The translations under genes and the position numbers were made by a program. The notes beneath the pieces were generated by a model that saw only the letters and a program-made list of their open reading frames with translations, did not search any database and was not told the origin of the DNA. DNA of 64,000 nt. It comes from an uncultured candidate division Zixibacteria bacterium. Its GTDB lineage: Bacteria; Zixibacteria; MSB-5A5; GN15; FEB-12. This document shows, piece by piece, positions 1-11,291 of this stretch (its first letter is position 1; the number at the start of each line of letters is the position of its first letter). The stretch is from contig OY760907.1 of assembly GCA_963664195.1 (NCBI GenBank), positions 3,680,001-3,744,000 of the forward strand, in the 5' to 3' direction.

Positions 1-1
1 T

Positions 2-1978
2 TGGGAGATATTCGCAAGCGTCTCCACAAGCCTTAACGGTCTCCTCTGGGACCCGGCTCGGAATCTGACGAATACCATTACCGACACCTGCTGGCCGGAT
101 TCCGGTCGGGAGTGCGGCGACGAATATGCGGTATCCATGTCATCGCGTCCGCTAGAGCAAACCGGCGGCCTGGTCTTCCCCGACAACGAAGTCGTAGCGG
201 GTGGCGGCACATACTCGGGCGACCACTGGCTCAACCTGACGTACGTCGATGACGAGTATCCGTCTGCGTGGTGGATCGGAGACGATGGCGGCCTTGAGTA
301 CCCGGCCAGCTTCAATGCTGTGCGATGGATACGCATGGCCTGCTCCGGCCACATCGTCACCAATAGACTTGAAGTCGATGTAGAGAACCTCGATTGGCCG
401 GACGCATACGTGCTAAACGGATCCTCGCTGGTAATACCGATGACACTCACTACGGTTGGTAACGAGGACATACATGTATCCGACATCCAGTTGGATGAAC
501 AGGGTGGCGCCACCGGCTGGCTGAACGTCGCTCAGACTTCCCTGACCATTCCGGCGGGACCGGACAATGTTCGCACGGTTGATCTCACTATCGATGCAAC
601 AGCACTGACAGGTGAGAACTGGCTTGAGGGCACAGTCAACATTGTCTCAGACGCTAACAGTTGCTGGGGTTGTTCCTTCAACTTCCGTCTTCTCGCCGCC
701 GATGCGGTCGAGGAAATGGCCTTCGATACCGTCGCGACCTCAACCGCCTGGGACTCCAAGGGTGCGCTCGCGCTCGGCGACAATGTCGCACTCGGCGTCA
801 GCAACTACGGTGAACTCGGTATGAACGGCGAAGGCGGCGTAAACCTCGACTTCACGGTCGACGGCAACGACTGCGACGCAGAAGCGGATGTTTACCTCTT
901 CTCCGGTTCCCCGTTCCTGCTGGAGAACGACGGCACCGACATCGCGATTACGACTTCTGTCTATCGCGACAATCAAGCCGACGTCTGCTCCTGGGATCCG
1001 TATCCGGAAGTCTCCATGTCCGGCGGTATGATCGGCAGCGCATACTCCTACGTGTCTACCGGCACCATGGTCAACCGCGATACGACAATCGGTCTTTCGC
1101 GGCGTGTCATCGCTCCGCTGAACAATCTCGGCAACCCGAGCTTTGTTGTCGTAGAATCCAAGCTGTACGCCCGCGACGGCATGGCGCACGACGGCGTCAC
1201 GTTCGGCGACGTAATGGATTGGGATGTCCCGTCGGACGACGGCTCTGACAACATCAGCGGCGGCACGACACCGTCCGGCGTCGGTGGTATGTTCCTGTAC
1301 TTGCAGGGATCTGACACGACCGGCCACGACGGCTGCCAGTCCAATACCAATCGGTTCGCCGCTCAGGCTATGCTGGGCTGGTACACAAACGCTGAATACA
1401 ACAACGATCCCTGTGCCAACAATCTCAACTTCCACGGAGCTCAGGGCGTCAACGTCCGTGACTACTTCGACGATCCCGAAGGTGAATACGAGCCGGACGC
1501 CGATTTGTGGTGGACCACGGTAGGCACCTCTGGCATCACCGGTCAGGGCACGCCAGGGGATCAGGGTACATTCTTCACGTACATCCACGACCAGCTGCTG
1601 GGCGCAACCGATACGCTCACCTTCTACGTCCTCTACACCACTCTCAGAAACGGCGATCTGGACGACCTGAAGGCCAACGTAAAGAACGCCCAAGACTGGT
1701 ACATCGACAACGTCCGCGGCACCTATTGCGGAGGCTGCTGTGTCTGCCCGACCGTCGGTAACGTGGACGGCAGTGCAGATTGCCTGGTGACAATGGGTGA
1801 CTTAACCGTGCTGATTGATCACCTGTTCATCAGCCTGACGCCGCTGGCCTGCGAGGAGGACGGTGACGTAGACTGGTTCTGGACAGATCCGCCCGACGGC
1901 CTGGTGACAATGGGTGACCTTACGGTATTGATCGACGCCCTGTTCATCAGTTTGCAGGACCTCCCGCCCTGTCCGTAG
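2..1978 (+). CDS. Large acidic, probably secreted protein with an Ig/BACON-like segment and a C-terminal duplicated dockerin-like domain; 5' end lies outside the window
   Basis: The frame of ORF 137..1978 is open back to nt 2 (WEIFASVSTSLNG...). C-terminus [34 protein letters not shown]...[24 protein letters not shown]. Confidence 0.8.
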   Translation, partial: WEIFASVSTSLNGLLWDPARNLTNTITDTCWPDSGRECGDEYAVSMSSRPLEQTGGLVFPDNEVVAGGGTYSGDHWLNLTYVDDEYPSAWWIGDDGGLEYPASFNAVRWIRMACSGHIVTNRLEVDVENLDWPDAYVLNGSSLVIPMTLTTVGNEDIHVSDIQLDEQGGATGWLNVAQTSLTIPAGPDNVRTVDLTIDATALTGENWLEGTVNIVSDANSCWGCSFNFRLLAADAVEEMAFDTVATSTAWDSKGALALGDNVALGVSNYGELGMNGEGGVNLDFTVDGNDCDAEADVYLFSGSPFLLENDGTDIAITTSVYRDNQADVCSWDPYPEVSMSGGMIGSAYSYVSTGTMVNRDTTIGLSRRVIAPLNNLGNPSFVVVESKLYARDGMAHDGVTFGDVMDWDVPSDDGSDNISGGTTPSGVGGMFLYLQGSDTTGHDGCQSNTNRFAAQAMLGWYTNAEYNNDPCANNLNFHGAQGVNVRDYFDDPEGEYEPDADLWWTTVGTSGITGQGTPGDQGTFFTYIHDQLLGATDTLTFYVLYTTLRNGDLDDLKANVKNAQDWYIDNVRGTYCGGCCVCPTVGNVDGSADCLVTMGDLTVLIDHLFISLTPLACEEDGDVDWFWTDPPDGLVTMGDLTVLIDALFISLQDLPPCP

Positions 1979-2002
1979 ACGACTGATCTGACTTGTCATT
2001 CC

Positions 2003-2036
2003 ACAGCCCCGGCGCTTCCGCGTCGGGGCTGTTTTC
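2003..2036 (+). terminator. Intrinsic terminator
   Basis: Hairpin acagccccggcg/cgtcggggctgt followed by T residues, between convergent genes. Confidence 0.7.
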
Positions 2037-2059
2037 ATTTATGAGTGTGATGTGAGTTT

Positions 2060-3076
2060 CTACTCTTCGACCGTCTCGGCCGCGTCGTCTTCAAGCTGAG
2101 TCAACGACAGGTGCGCCTTGCGCAGGTAGTAGAAACCGAGTAGCGTGACCGGAATGTACTGCGCCGCGTGCAATACTAGAGAAAACGAAACTGCCTGCTC
2201 CTGGCCGATCCCGTACTGCATCAGCGAGTAGGTCGCACCCCAATGAAACACGCCGACAAACCCCGGCGATGACGGTACCAATATGGAGATCGACACCACG
2301 ACCAGCAGGAAGAACGACGCCTCAAGCGGCAGATCAAAACCAAAAGCGATAAACACAAAGTAATTCGAGAGGCCCATAACGAGCCAGATGAACACCGTCT
2401 GGAATCCCACCGCAGCGACCATTTTGCCCTGAGTGAGGAACTCCAGTCCCCGCGAGAATTTCAGGGTAATTCCGCGTATCATCTCTCGTGCTCGTTCAGG
2501 CAGGAACTTGAGATATCGACTGATTATCTCCCCCGCCTGGTCCGGCTTGATCGCCAGCCAAATCACAAAGGCCAGACCGACCAGAGCCACGCCGATCGCA
2601 GAATATATCCCGGCCTTCATGTGATCGGTGATATGAACCGATGTAATCGTGACAATCACGCCGAAAATCAACAGCAGAGCCACCAGGTCAAAAACCATTC
2701 GTTCCACAAAAATCGTTGCCAGCGAAGACGACTTGCTGATCTCTTTGTCCTGATACGCCAGCGAGTACGCGCGGGCAAGTTCACCCAGACGCAACGGCAG
2801 AACGTTGTTGGCCATAAACCCGATGCAGGTCGCTGCCGAGAGAGTCGAGAAATCCACCCGTTTGATAGGCAGCATCATGAACGACCAGCGATAAGCCCGC
2901 ATATACATCGACACAACAATCAAGAGGACATTCGGCAATAACCAGTAGTAATTCGCCCCTTTGAGCGCGTCGGCAAGCTCTGTGAAGTCGATCTCACGGA
3001 ACAACGCCCACATCAGAACGACCGAAACCGCCAACCCGAGCATCGTGGAAATGAGTCTGCGCCGTCCGCCTGTCAC
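2060..3076 (-). CDS. Lysylphosphatidylglycerol-synthase TM / flippase-like membrane protein (UPF0104)
   Basis: Multi-TM; motifs RAYRW, GFMANNVLPLRLGELARA, ERMVFDL, PSSPGFVGVF. Confidence 0.85.
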   Translation of the reverse strand: MTGGRRRLISTMLGLAVSVVLMWALFREIDFTELADALKGANYYWLLPNVLLIVVSMYMRAYRWSFMMLPIKRVDFSTLSAATCIGFMANNVLPLRLGELARAYSLAYQDKEISKSSSLATIFVERMVFDLVALLLIFGVIVTITSVHITDHMKAGIYSAIGVALVGLAFVIWLAIKPDQAGEIISRYLKFLPERAREMIRGITLKFSRGLEFLTQGKMVAAVGFQTVFIWLVMGLSNYFVFIAFGFDLPLEASFFLLVVVSISILVPSSPGFVGVFHWGATYSLMQYGIGQEQAVSFSLVLHAAQYIPVTLLGFYYLRKAHLSLTQLEDDAAETVEE

Positions 3077-4191
3077 TTGCTATCCTCCCCGACTATTTCG
3101 AGCAGCAGATTCTCGAACTTCTTTGCCGCTTTATCCCAGTTGAACCCCTCAGCCCACTTGAGTCCCCCCTGTTCAATCTTTTGGCGAAGCGCGTCATCTT
3201 CCAACAGCCGGCATAGCCGATCCGCCAGAGCCTCAACATCACCGTACGGATACAGAAAACCGGACACACCGTCGCTGACGGAATCCCGCAACCCCGGTGA
3301 ATTCGCCGCGACGACCGCCGTACCGACCGAGTTCGATTCGATGTTCGTCAGTCCCCAGCCCTCTTTCGGCGACGGCAACACGGCCACGTGCGAACGCCGC
3401 ATTCGCTCGACCTTCTCCGCAAACGACACAAACCCCGGAAATTCTACGTCGTCGGCAAGCCCCATCAATTCCGCCTGCGCCCTCAGCGGCTCCAGGTGGT
3501 CACCCGCTCCCACAACGGCAAGCCTTGCATCCGGCACACGTTCCTTGACAATCTTCAGCGCCGAGATCAGATGCTGTACGGATTTGTATTTCTTGATCCT
3601 CCCCAGGTACAAAATCGTCGGGCGCTCGTATTTCTTGACCGAAGGATCATAAGCGTAAGCCTCACGGTCAATCCCGCAATGAATCACCGACACGTCATCT
3701 TCTGGAACCCCACGCGCCACAATGTCCTCGGCGGTTGATTCGGAGATCACATTGAACTTGCGTCCGCGATACATCGGCACCAGCGGCTTTTCCGCCAGAT
3801 ACACATAACTGGCGAGAACGATATTGACCTCCTGAAACACGGTCGTTGCAAATAAGTGCGGAATCACCACCAGAGTTTTCAGCTTAAGAAAAAGCGGCGT
3901 GTAGAACGGAATCTTATTGATGTCTTCAACCAATACATCGAATTGCTCACTGCTTACGATCTTCCTCAAATGGAACGGCGCGATCAGATTGAAATTGTAC
4001 CTGTTCCCCCGCCTGATGATCCGCACGCCCTGAATCGTCTCCTCGGGCGCACAGCCCTTCCAACCGGAGCAGAACAGCGTGACCTCGTGGCCGTAGCTCA
4101 CCAAACGTCGCAGCAATTCTTCGAGATGAACCTCTGCCCCGCCGCCAAACGGGTTCGTGAGGTCATTCCAGTTGAGCGCAAGAACCCTCAC
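3073..4191 (-). CDS. Glycosyltransferase family 4
   Basis: GGAEVH N-terminal motif, YLGRIKKYK, PSPKEGWGLTNIE (E-x7-E). Confidence 0.9.
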   Translation of the reverse strand: MRVLALNWNDLTNPFGGGAEVHLEELLRRLVSYGHEVTLFCSGWKGCAPEETIQGVRIIRRGNRYNFNLIAPFHLRKIVSSEQFDVLVEDINKIPFYTPLFLKLKTLVVIPHLFATTVFQEVNIVLASYVYLAEKPLVPMYRGRKFNVISESTAEDIVARGVPEDDVSVIHCGIDREAYAYDPSVKKYERPTILYLGRIKKYKSVQHLISALKIVKERVPDARLAVVGAGDHLEPLRAQAELMGLADDVEFPGFVSFAEKVERMRRSHVAVLPSPKEGWGLTNIESNSVGTAVVAANSPGLRDSVSDGVSGFLYPYGDVEALADRLCRLLEDDALRQKIEQGGLKWAEGFNWDKAAKKFENLLLEIVGEDSK

Positions 4192-7163
4192 GGCCCGTCG
4201 CCCCCCTGCTGCCGATACGCCTCAAGCTGCCTCATCAGGTCATTAAGTGCTGCCCTGATCTGATGGTCCTGCGGGTTAGCCTGCACCCACGTCTGCAGCG
4301 CGGAGACCATGGCCGGCATGTTCCGTTGCGCGATATAGAGGGCCATCAGCTCATCAAGACCGTCACGGAAGCTACTGTGTTTTTCAAGGATCGCTATGCA
4401 GAGTCTCTCAGCGGCAGGCTCGTCTCCGGCTACTCGATACGCCCTCGCCAGCGACAACTCAAGCCTCGGGTTCAAAACACCCTCCTGCGACTCAATCAGT
4501 CGTGCTACTGCCGCAGTATCCCCCTGCACCGACAGTTGCTTCGACAAATGGATAACGGCTTCATCGGCATACGGTATCTTACCTATTATGTACTCCAGCG
4601 CCCCCTCCGATTCCTCCATTTGATCCTTGCGAATCAAACCGTTGGACAACAACAACACAGCATTGGCGACATTACTCGTCAACCGCAGGGTTGCCTCATC
4701 CTGATAAACACCGGGATCGTTCCAACCGCGATACTTGAACTTATTCGGATTCGTGAAGAGTTCCAGGCTGGCATCCGTGTCGACGCGCACATCAGATACA
4801 GTGTCGGTGAGACTGTGTACGAGTCCCTTCATCATCAACAAGCTGTCGAGACTCTGACGTTCAAACATACGAGCACTTCCGGGACAGGTAAACGAGAAGT
4901 TCACTGGCACATCCCGACCGTTGTGACGAATGACCGCATCCCGCACCTGATCCTGTACCCGGTAAACGCCGCCGTCCGGGAAACGATACGGGCGAAGGTC
5001 CTCGATCTGCTCGTCGGACCAACCAAGACTCAGCCCCAGGTTGGTCCGTATCTGCTTCGTGTACCAATCAGTATTCGATAGCGCCAGGTTTATGTTCTTC
5101 ACGTCCGGGCGGATTCCGTACACCTCCTGCAGACACCAGATGGGAAAAGTATCGTTGTCGCCACAGGTAAACAGCACCGCGTTTTCATCGCACGATAACA
5201 AGAGATTGTAGGTGTAATCGTACGGGATGTAGTTCTCGGATCGGTCGCAATAGTAGTAATTCCCCTGGACGGCATAAACCGGAAGGAGAAACGGTACTAG
5301 ACCACAGGCGAGAATAACCTTGCGCGGCCCCGGACTGAATCTCCGCACCGAATCTCTGAGGAATTGCGCCAGCACGACAATCCCCATCCCGATAGCCAAA
5401 CCCATCAGCATGAAACCGGGTGTGAAGAAGTAATCGCGATCACGAACCTCGAGGTAATCTCCCCCCTGAGGCGTCATGCGCGTACCGTCGGCGAAGTTCA
5501 TATACAACACCAGCCCTGCAGTCGTCAGCAGCATGAGAATCAGCAACACCGTCCCCATTTCCGGCCGTCGACGCACCGTTTCCCACAGGCCGAACACACC
5601 TAGAATGAACAAGAGCAGAAATCCCCATCCCTGTACACCGAACTGTTCTTCTAGAAAACCCCAGAACCCCATGCGACGATGATCGCCGAATTGGTTTTCC
5701 CACTCTGACCGTCGCTCAAACATCCGCTCGATCATCCCCTGGGAACCGTACTGCTTGCGCTCGATGAAGTTGATCGTCGCCGCTAGAGATTGCGACGGGT
5801 TATTTTCGTTAATCGACGGGTGCAGAGAAGACCTGATCGGCAGCGTCAGATGAACCGAGTATCCCGCCGCCGCAACCAGGATCAGCAGCACGGCCGTCTT
5901 CCACCCCCGAGCCTTCCAGACGGTCCCCCAGAGCGAGATCACCGCCAGTGCGATAAGACTGCCGTAGAAATACTCGCGTACGCCGAGGATCACCATCGAA
6001 GTCGCCAACAACGCGAGCAATATCGGCAGTCGGAGATGCCTCCACGTGTACATACCGATAACCGCTACCAACACGGCAGACAGGAAAAGAAAGGCGTGAT
6101 ACCCTCTCATCCCGCTCACCGTGACCAGGCACAGAAGGCCAGCAGCTAGAATGAACAGCGCGCTCACCAGATCGTGTGGCTCAGGTACCGAGTTTGGCCT
6201 GCTGCTACGATTCGTCAACCATCGATAGCCCACATATGCGGCATACAGGACAAGACCCGCAAACGCAACCACGGACACATAGGTTGCGACAGGATAGTCG
6301 ATCCCACGCAACGCCGCCGCCAGTGGCAGACAGGCGAATAGAAACGCCAGCCCCACGTACACCAGCGATCTCGGGATTTCATCGAAAGACATGATATAGA
6401 AGACGTAGAAGACAAACACGATCAATATCGGCAGCCAGTACGGAATCTCCCCCGGCCGCGAAGACAGCGCAAAGATCAGAAATAACTCGATCACAAACAA
6501 CGCAGCTATCAAGGCCCACACGCGAAGCGGCCCGCTTTTCTTCACCACGAACATCACCGCACAAACCGGAAGCGCTACAAACGTGGTCATGTGAACACCG
6601 ATTCCAAGAAATCCGATGTACACAACAAGCAGCAGCAGTTTGTCACCGAAGGTCGTCTCTCTGTGTTCATAGTACACCAGGGTCAGCCAGACCATTCCCA
6701 GCAGGAGCATCATCGACATTCCGTAGACCTCGGCCTCTACCGAATTGGACCACTGCGTCCGGCCAAAAGCCAGGAAGAACGCTCCAGCGGCAGCCCCGGC
6801 GTACACGAGGATGCGACTGTACAGTGATTTGTCGCCCGCAAACCAGCCTCGCACCACTCTGACAGCAATCAGATAACCAAACATAGCGGCGATTGAGGAC
6901 GACAGCGACGACAGAAAATTGACCCTCGCGCAAATGTCAGTAAAAAAGGGAATGATCGAAAACACGCGCCCCATGAGCAGGTACATCGGCGTGCCCGGCG
7001 GATGTGGAATGCCCAGCGTATAGCAGGCGGCAATGAATTCACCGCAATCCCAGAAAGAGAGCGTCGGCGCCTTCGTTAGAAGATAGACCACCAGAACCGA
7101 CACCCAGACGGCAAGTGCCACCAGAGCGTTGGTTCGATCAAATCCGCGAGGCAGTCTGTTCAT
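4188..7163 (-). CDS. DUF2723 / TMEM260-like multi-pass GT-C-type protein with C-terminal TPR-like region
   Basis: SFWDCGEFIA, GIPHPPGTP, WSNSVEAEVY, RDRDYFF and GDNDTFPIW motifs; many TM helices. Confidence 0.85.
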   Translation of the reverse strand: MNRLPRGFDRTNALVALAVWVSVLVVYLLTKAPTLSFWDCGEFIAACYTLGIPHPPGTPMYLLMGRVFSIIPFFTDICARVNFLSSLSSSIAAMFGYLIAVRVVRGWFAGDKSLYSRILVYAGAAAGAFFLAFGRTQWSNSVEAEVYGMSMMLLLGMVWLTLVYYEHRETTFGDKLLLLVVYIGFLGIGVHMTTFVALPVCAVMFVVKKSGPLRVWALIAALFVIELFLIFALSSRPGEIPYWLPILIVFVFYVFYIMSFDEIPRSLVYVGLAFLFACLPLAAALRGIDYPVATYVSVVAFAGLVLYAAYVGYRWLTNRSSRPNSVPEPHDLVSALFILAAGLLCLVTVSGMRGYHAFLFLSAVLVAVIGMYTWRHLRLPILLALLATSMVILGVREYFYGSLIALAVISLWGTVWKARGWKTAVLLILVAAAGYSVHLTLPIRSSLHPSINENNPSQSLAATINFIERKQYGSQGMIERMFERRSEWENQFGDHRRMGFWGFLEEQFGVQGWGFLLLFILGVFGLWETVRRRPEMGTVLLILMLLTTAGLVLYMNFADGTRMTPQGGDYLEVRDRDYFFTPGFMLMGLAIGMGIVVLAQFLRDSVRRFSPGPRKVILACGLVPFLLPVYAVQGNYYYCDRSENYIPYDYTYNLLLSCDENAVLFTCGDNDTFPIWCLQEVYGIRPDVKNINLALSNTDWYTKQIRTNLGLSLGWSDEQIEDLRPYRFPDGGVYRVQDQVRDAVIRHNGRDVPVNFSFTCPGSARMFERQSLDSLLMMKGLVHSLTDTVSDVRVDTDASLELFTNPNKFKYRGWNDPGVYQDEATLRLTSNVANAVLLLSNGLIRKDQMEESEGALEYIIGKIPYADEAVIHLSKQLSVQGDTAAVARLIESQEGVLNPRLELSLARAYRVAGDEPAAERLCIAILEKHSSFRDGLDELMALYIAQRNMPAMVSALQTWVQANPQDHQIRAALNDLMRQLEAYRQQGGDGP

Positions 7164-7341
7164 TACTTGTTGCGTACGTTTGCCTTCTCTCTACTGCGAC
7201 TGAGTTCAGTTCCCGGCCAAAATACAAAGAAGCCGCCAATATAACAGGTTCAAGAATCAACTCCAAGCCTGTTCTGGCGGCCTCGATCACCGCGCCTCTC
7301 GCCGAATAATCGGGCCGGCTAAAACACCGACCCGATTACTC

Positions 7342-7767
7342 TTATACTTTCATCGGGCTGGTTGGGTCCTTAACGAAGCTATCCAATATCCCGTTAATGA
7401 ACTTCGAGGACTCAGAAGTCGAGTACAACTTGGCCATCTCAATGGCCTCATTCAACACGACTTTCACTGGTACATCCGGCGACTCCAGTAATTCCGTCAT
7501 CGCAATTCGCATGATGATGCGGTCGATCACGGCTATTCGCTCAAGAATCCAGTTTTTAGCAAACCGGGTTATGGCCGCATCCGTAATCTCACGTTTCTCA
7601 CGCACTTTACGGTATAGACCGCGGGCAAACTCCAGGGAGTCGTGGCTCAGTTCGCGATCGACGAGAATCTTCTCCAACACTTCCGCCGGGGGAATCTCAC
7701 CAATTTCCTCAGCATACAGCCCTTTCAAAACCAATTCCCGTGCGATACGACGTGAGTTCTCAGCCAT
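7342..7767 (-). CDS. nusB: Transcription antitermination factor NusB
   Basis: RRIARELVLKGLY, W-x2-ERIAVIDR, NEAIEMAK, FINGILD; follows ribH. Confidence 0.95.
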   Translation of the reverse strand: MAENSRRIARELVLKGLYAEEIGEIPPAEVLEKILVDRELSHDSLEFARGLYRKVREKREITDAAITRFAKNWILERIAVIDRIIMRIAMTELLESPDVPVKVVLNEAIEMAKLYSTSESSKFINGILDSFVKDPTSPMKV

Positions 7768-7768
7768 A

Positions 7769-8239
7769 TTAACCTATCGCGCGATAGAGATTGACCATCT
7801 CAATCGCGGCCTCGGCTGCGTCCCAGCCTTTGTTGCCGGCCTTGGTGCCTGCGCGTTCAATTGCCTGTTCCAGAGTATCTGCCGTAATAACGCCAAACAC
7901 GACAGGAATCTTCGCGGTCATTCCCAGACGCCCGATCCCCTTGGCTGCTTCACCGGCCACATAGTCAAAATGCGGCGTATGTCCCCGCACGACAGCGCCG
8001 AGACAAATAACGGCATCAAACTTTCCGCTGTCGACCAAGCGCGAGGCTGTCGGCGTCAACTCAAAAGCCCCCGGTACCCAGGCCACCGCCTGCTCGTTTT
8101 CCACGGCACCGTGACGCACGAGGCAGTCAAGCGCCCCCTCAACCAGCTTGTCAGTCAGGAAACTGTTGAACCGGCTCACCACCACGCCAATCTTCAGGCC
8201 GGAGGCGTCCAGTTTTCCTTCAAATCTCTTTACATCCAT
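7769..8239 (-). CDS. ribH: 6,7-dimethyl-8-ribityllumazine synthase
   Basis: [38 protein letters not shown]. Confidence 0.97.
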   Translation of the reverse strand: MDVKRFEGKLDASGLKIGVVVSRFNSFLTDKLVEGALDCLVRHGAVENEQAVAWVPGAFELTPTASRLVDSGKFDAVICLGAVVRGHTPHFDYVAGEAAKGIGRLGMTAKIPVVFGVITADTLEQAIERAGTKAGNKGWDAAEAAIEMVNLYRAIG

Positions 8240-8257
8240 TTCAACCCCTATCTCCGT

Positions 8258-9487
8258 TTAGAGCGACAACAGGTGCCCCATCTTGTCACGTTTCGTTTCC
8301 AGATACCGTTGGTTAGCTGCACACTCGCCGATCTGAAGCGGCACACGCTCAGTAATCTCGAGATTGTATCCTTCAAGACCGATGACCTTTTTGGGATTGT
8401 TCGTCAACAGGCGGATAGTCGTGAGACCAAGATCGGTCAGAATCTGCGCCCCCACACCGTAGTCGCGAAGGTCTGCCTCGAATCCCAACTCCTCGTTCGC
8501 CTCGACCGTGTCACGGCCGGCATCCTGCAACTTGTACGCGAGAATCTTGTTGGCCAGGCCAATGCCCCGGCCTTCCTGACGCATATACACTACCACTCCC
8601 GCACCCTCGGCCTCGACACGGCGCATGGCTTCGTGCAACTGCGGTCCGCAGTCGCAGCGCATGGAGCCGAGAACATCGCCCGTCAAACAGCTTGAGTGGA
8701 CCCGCACCAGGACGTTTTCTTTGCCCTTGACGTCCCCCTTGACAAGCGCCAGATGATGGTGATCGTCCACCTCAGACTTGTAGGAGTGTAGAGTGAAATG
8801 ACCGAACTTGGTCGGGAAATCGACGCTAGCCACGCAGTCCACCAGATGCTCGGTCTTCCGACGGTACGAGATCAGGTCCTGCACCGTGACCAACTTCAAT
8901 CCGTGCTCGGCGGCGAACTTGCGAAGGCGCGGCACGCGGGCCATGGTACCGTCGTCGTCCATGATCTCGCATAGCACACCCACCGGTCTGCGACCGGCCA
9001 ATCGAGCGAGGTCCGTCGAGGCTTCGGTGTGTCCGGCGCGAGTCAGCACGCCACCCTTAAGTGCCTTTAGCGGGAAGATGTGCCCCGGACGACCAAGCTC
9101 TTCGGGCTTGCTGTCAGGGTCCGCAAGCGTCTGGACCGTTATTGAACGATCATAGGCGGAAATGCCGGTCGTAGTACCGTTGACTGCATCGACCGAAACG
9201 GTGAATCGGGTCTCGTGAAGACCGGTGTTATTCTGCACCATCTGATCAAGCTGCAATCTTTCCAGGTCCGCTTCGACCATCGGGACACAAATAAGACCAC
9301 GACCGTACGTGGCGAAAAAATTGATTGCTTCGGGAGTAATTGCGTCGGCGGCCATAATCAGGTCGCCCTCGTTTTCACGGTCTTCGTCGTCAACAACAAC
9401 GATGAATTTCCCCTGACGGATATCTTCTATCGCTTCGGGAATGGTATTGAATTCGTCTTCTGCCAGCATATCACCATCCGCTTTCAA
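8258..9487 (-). CDS. ribBA: Bifunctional DHBP synthase / GTP cyclohydrolase II
   Basis: [42 protein letters not shown]. The true start may be the ATG a few codons in (MLAEDEF). Confidence 0.96.
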   Translation of the reverse strand: MKADGDMLAEDEFNTIPEAIEDIRQGKFIVVVDDEDRENEGDLIMAADAITPEAINFFATYGRGLICVPMVEADLERLQLDQMVQNNTGLHETRFTVSVDAVNGTTTGISAYDRSITVQTLADPDSKPEELGRPGHIFPLKALKGGVLTRAGHTEASTDLARLAGRRPVGVLCEIMDDDGTMARVPRLRKFAAEHGLKLVTVQDLISYRRKTEHLVDCVASVDFPTKFGHFTLHSYKSEVDDHHHLALVKGDVKGKENVLVRVHSSCLTGDVLGSMRCDCGPQLHEAMRRVEAEGAGVVVYMRQEGRGIGLANKILAYKLQDAGRDTVEANEELGFEADLRDYGVGAQILTDLGLTTIRLLTNNPKKVIGLEGYNLEITERVPLQIGECAANQRYLETKRDKMGHLLSL

Positions 9488-10106
9488 TGATTGAATCCAC
9501 GGTAACGCCGGTCTTGGAACCGGCCTGTCTCATTTTCAGAATGTATTTGCCAATAAGGTCAAATTCTAAGTTTACGGCCGTCCCCGGGCGAACGGCATCG
9601 AGCGTCGTTTGCCCCGCAGTATGCGGGATGAGATTCACCGAAAACCAGCCTGAGCGACACTTGTTCACGGTGAGCGACACGCCGTTAATCGCAATCGAGC
9701 CTTTTTCGATCACGAGTTGATCGTAGTCAGCGTCATGCTTTATTGCCAGTTCCAGCGACTCGCCAACCGGCTTGAGATAGTCCACCGACCCGGCACAATC
9801 AATATGCCCCGAAACGAAATGCCCTCCCAGCCTGCTGCCTACTCGCAGTGCACGCTCAAGATTCAGTTTAGCTCCAACCTTGTACGTGCCGAGAATCGTA
9901 TGCTCGGCAGTCTCCTGAGAGGCCTCGACCGTAAAAAAATCGTCGGTCTTGCTGACAACCGTCAGGCAGACGCCGTCGCATGCAATTGATTCACCGATTT
10001 CGATTTCCTTCGACGGAATCGAAGATGCCACGGACAGCACAACGTAGTTGCCTCTCTCACTCACTGCGGAAAGCGTTCCCACCGTCTCTATCAATCCGGT
10101 GAACAT
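9471..10106 (-). CDS. ribE: Riboflavin synthase alpha chain
   Basis: MFTGLIE N-terminus, [29 protein letters not shown]. Confidence 0.96.
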   Translation of the reverse strand: MFTGLIETVGTLSAVSERGNYVVLSVASSIPSKEIEIGESIACDGVCLTVVSKTDDFFTVEASQETAEHTILGTYKVGAKLNLERALRVGSRLGGHFVSGHIDCAGSVDYLKPVGESLELAIKHDADYDQLVIEKGSIAINGVSLTVNKCRSGWFSVNLIPHTAGQTTLDAVRPGTAVNLEFDLIGKYILKMRQAGSKTGVTVDSIIESGW

Positions 10107-11212
10107 CAGTTGCCCCTCCGTTTCGGATATCCGGTCACGAGCATATCACCATCGAGATTCTGAGTGGTAACGCCAGCCAATTCAAGGCTCGCGGCCATCT
10201 TACGAACTCCTAAGTCGCCAATCGCCTCAATCCCTTTCCCAAGAATCTTCGGCGCAATGAAAATCATATACTTGTCAACCAGACGTGCCTTTATGAACGC
10301 CGTCGCCAACTCCGAGCCACCTTCCACAAGCAACGACCGCAGACCGAAATCACCCGCCTTCTTGAGCAGGTCCTTGATATTGAGACTGCCGTCACGATTC
10401 TGCTTTACCGTCCAATACGTTAGTCCGTTGCCACTGCGTCGTTTCGCCAGTCGCCCGACTGCCTCCGCAGAGGATGCAATCACCGTACGGTGGTCATCGT
10501 TGTTCTTGAGTAAATTGCACTGCCGGGGGAATTTCGCCGAGGACGTAACGACCACCCGATACGGGCTCGTCCCCTTGACGGCCCGAACCGTCAGCGACGG
10601 ATTGTCGGCGCGCACCGTACCGGCACCGACAAGGACAGCGTCGACTTCGGAGCGAGTCTTGTGTACGAGCTTGCGTGACTTCTCCGAAGTTATCCATTTC
10701 GAGTCACCGGAGGTTGTGGCAATACGGCCGTCGAGCGTCTGGGCCAGCTTGAGCGTGACGTGCGGTCGACCGTTGCGATGATACGCGTAGTAAGCGTCGT
10801 TCAGTTTTTCAGCCTCAGCCTTGAGCACTCCCGACATTACTTTGATGCCGGCATCGCGAAGCTGTTTTGCGCCGCCGCCGTTGACAATCGGATTGGGGTC
10901 TGACGAGGCGAACACGACCTCGGCCACTCCGGCCTTGATCAATGCCTGGCTGCACGGGCCAGTTCTGCCGGTGTGACAGCAGGGTTCGAGGGTGACATAG
11001 ATCGTGGCCCCGGTGGCTTTCTTGCCGGCTTTTTTGAGCGCAACGATTTCCGCATGGTCCCCGCCTGCTTTGCGATGATACCCCTCGGCGATGACGCGAC
11101 CGTTCTTGACTATCACCGCACCGACCATCGGATTGGGACTGGTGGTGCCCCGACCTTTTTCGGCCAGTTCTAGCGCTCTTGCCATGTATGTCTTGCCGGA
11201 ATTCGCGGCCAC
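10106..11212 (-). CDS. ribD: Bifunctional deaminase/reductase RibD
   Basis: TSPNPMVGAV, HAE, TLEPCCH...PC, LDGRIA, VEGG. Start reassigned to GTG 11212 because the longer ORF runs through the riboswitch terminator. Confidence 0.93.
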   Translation of the reverse strand: MAANSGKTYMARALELAEKGRGTTSPNPMVGAVIVKNGRVIAEGYHRKAGGDHAEIVALKKAGKKATGATIYVTLEPCCHTGRTGPCSQALIKAGVAEVVFASSDPNPIVNGGGAKQLRDAGIKVMSGVLKAEAEKLNDAYYAYHRNGRPHVTLKLAQTLDGRIATTSGDSKWITSEKSRKLVHKTRSEVDAVLVGAGTVRADNPSLTVRAVKGTSPYRVVVTSSAKFPRQCNLLKNNDDHRTVIASSAEAVGRLAKRRSGNGLTYWTVKQNRDGSLNIKDLLKKAGDFGLRSLLVEGGSELATAFIKARLVDKYMIFIAPKILGKGIEAIGDLGVRKMAASLELAGVTTQNLDGDMLVTGYPKRRGN

Positions 11213-11240
11213 AAAAAAACCCTCGATTATCATCGGGGGT
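11213..11240 (-). terminator. Riboswitch expression platform (terminator / SD-sequestering hairpin)
   Basis: Minus strand ACCCCCGAT-GATA-ATCGAGGGT-TTTTTT directly abutting the ribD GTG. Confidence 0.75.
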
Positions 11241-11291
11241 GACGGGCAGAATCTGAGCAGTCGTCCCAGTGTGACTGACACACGGGTAGCC

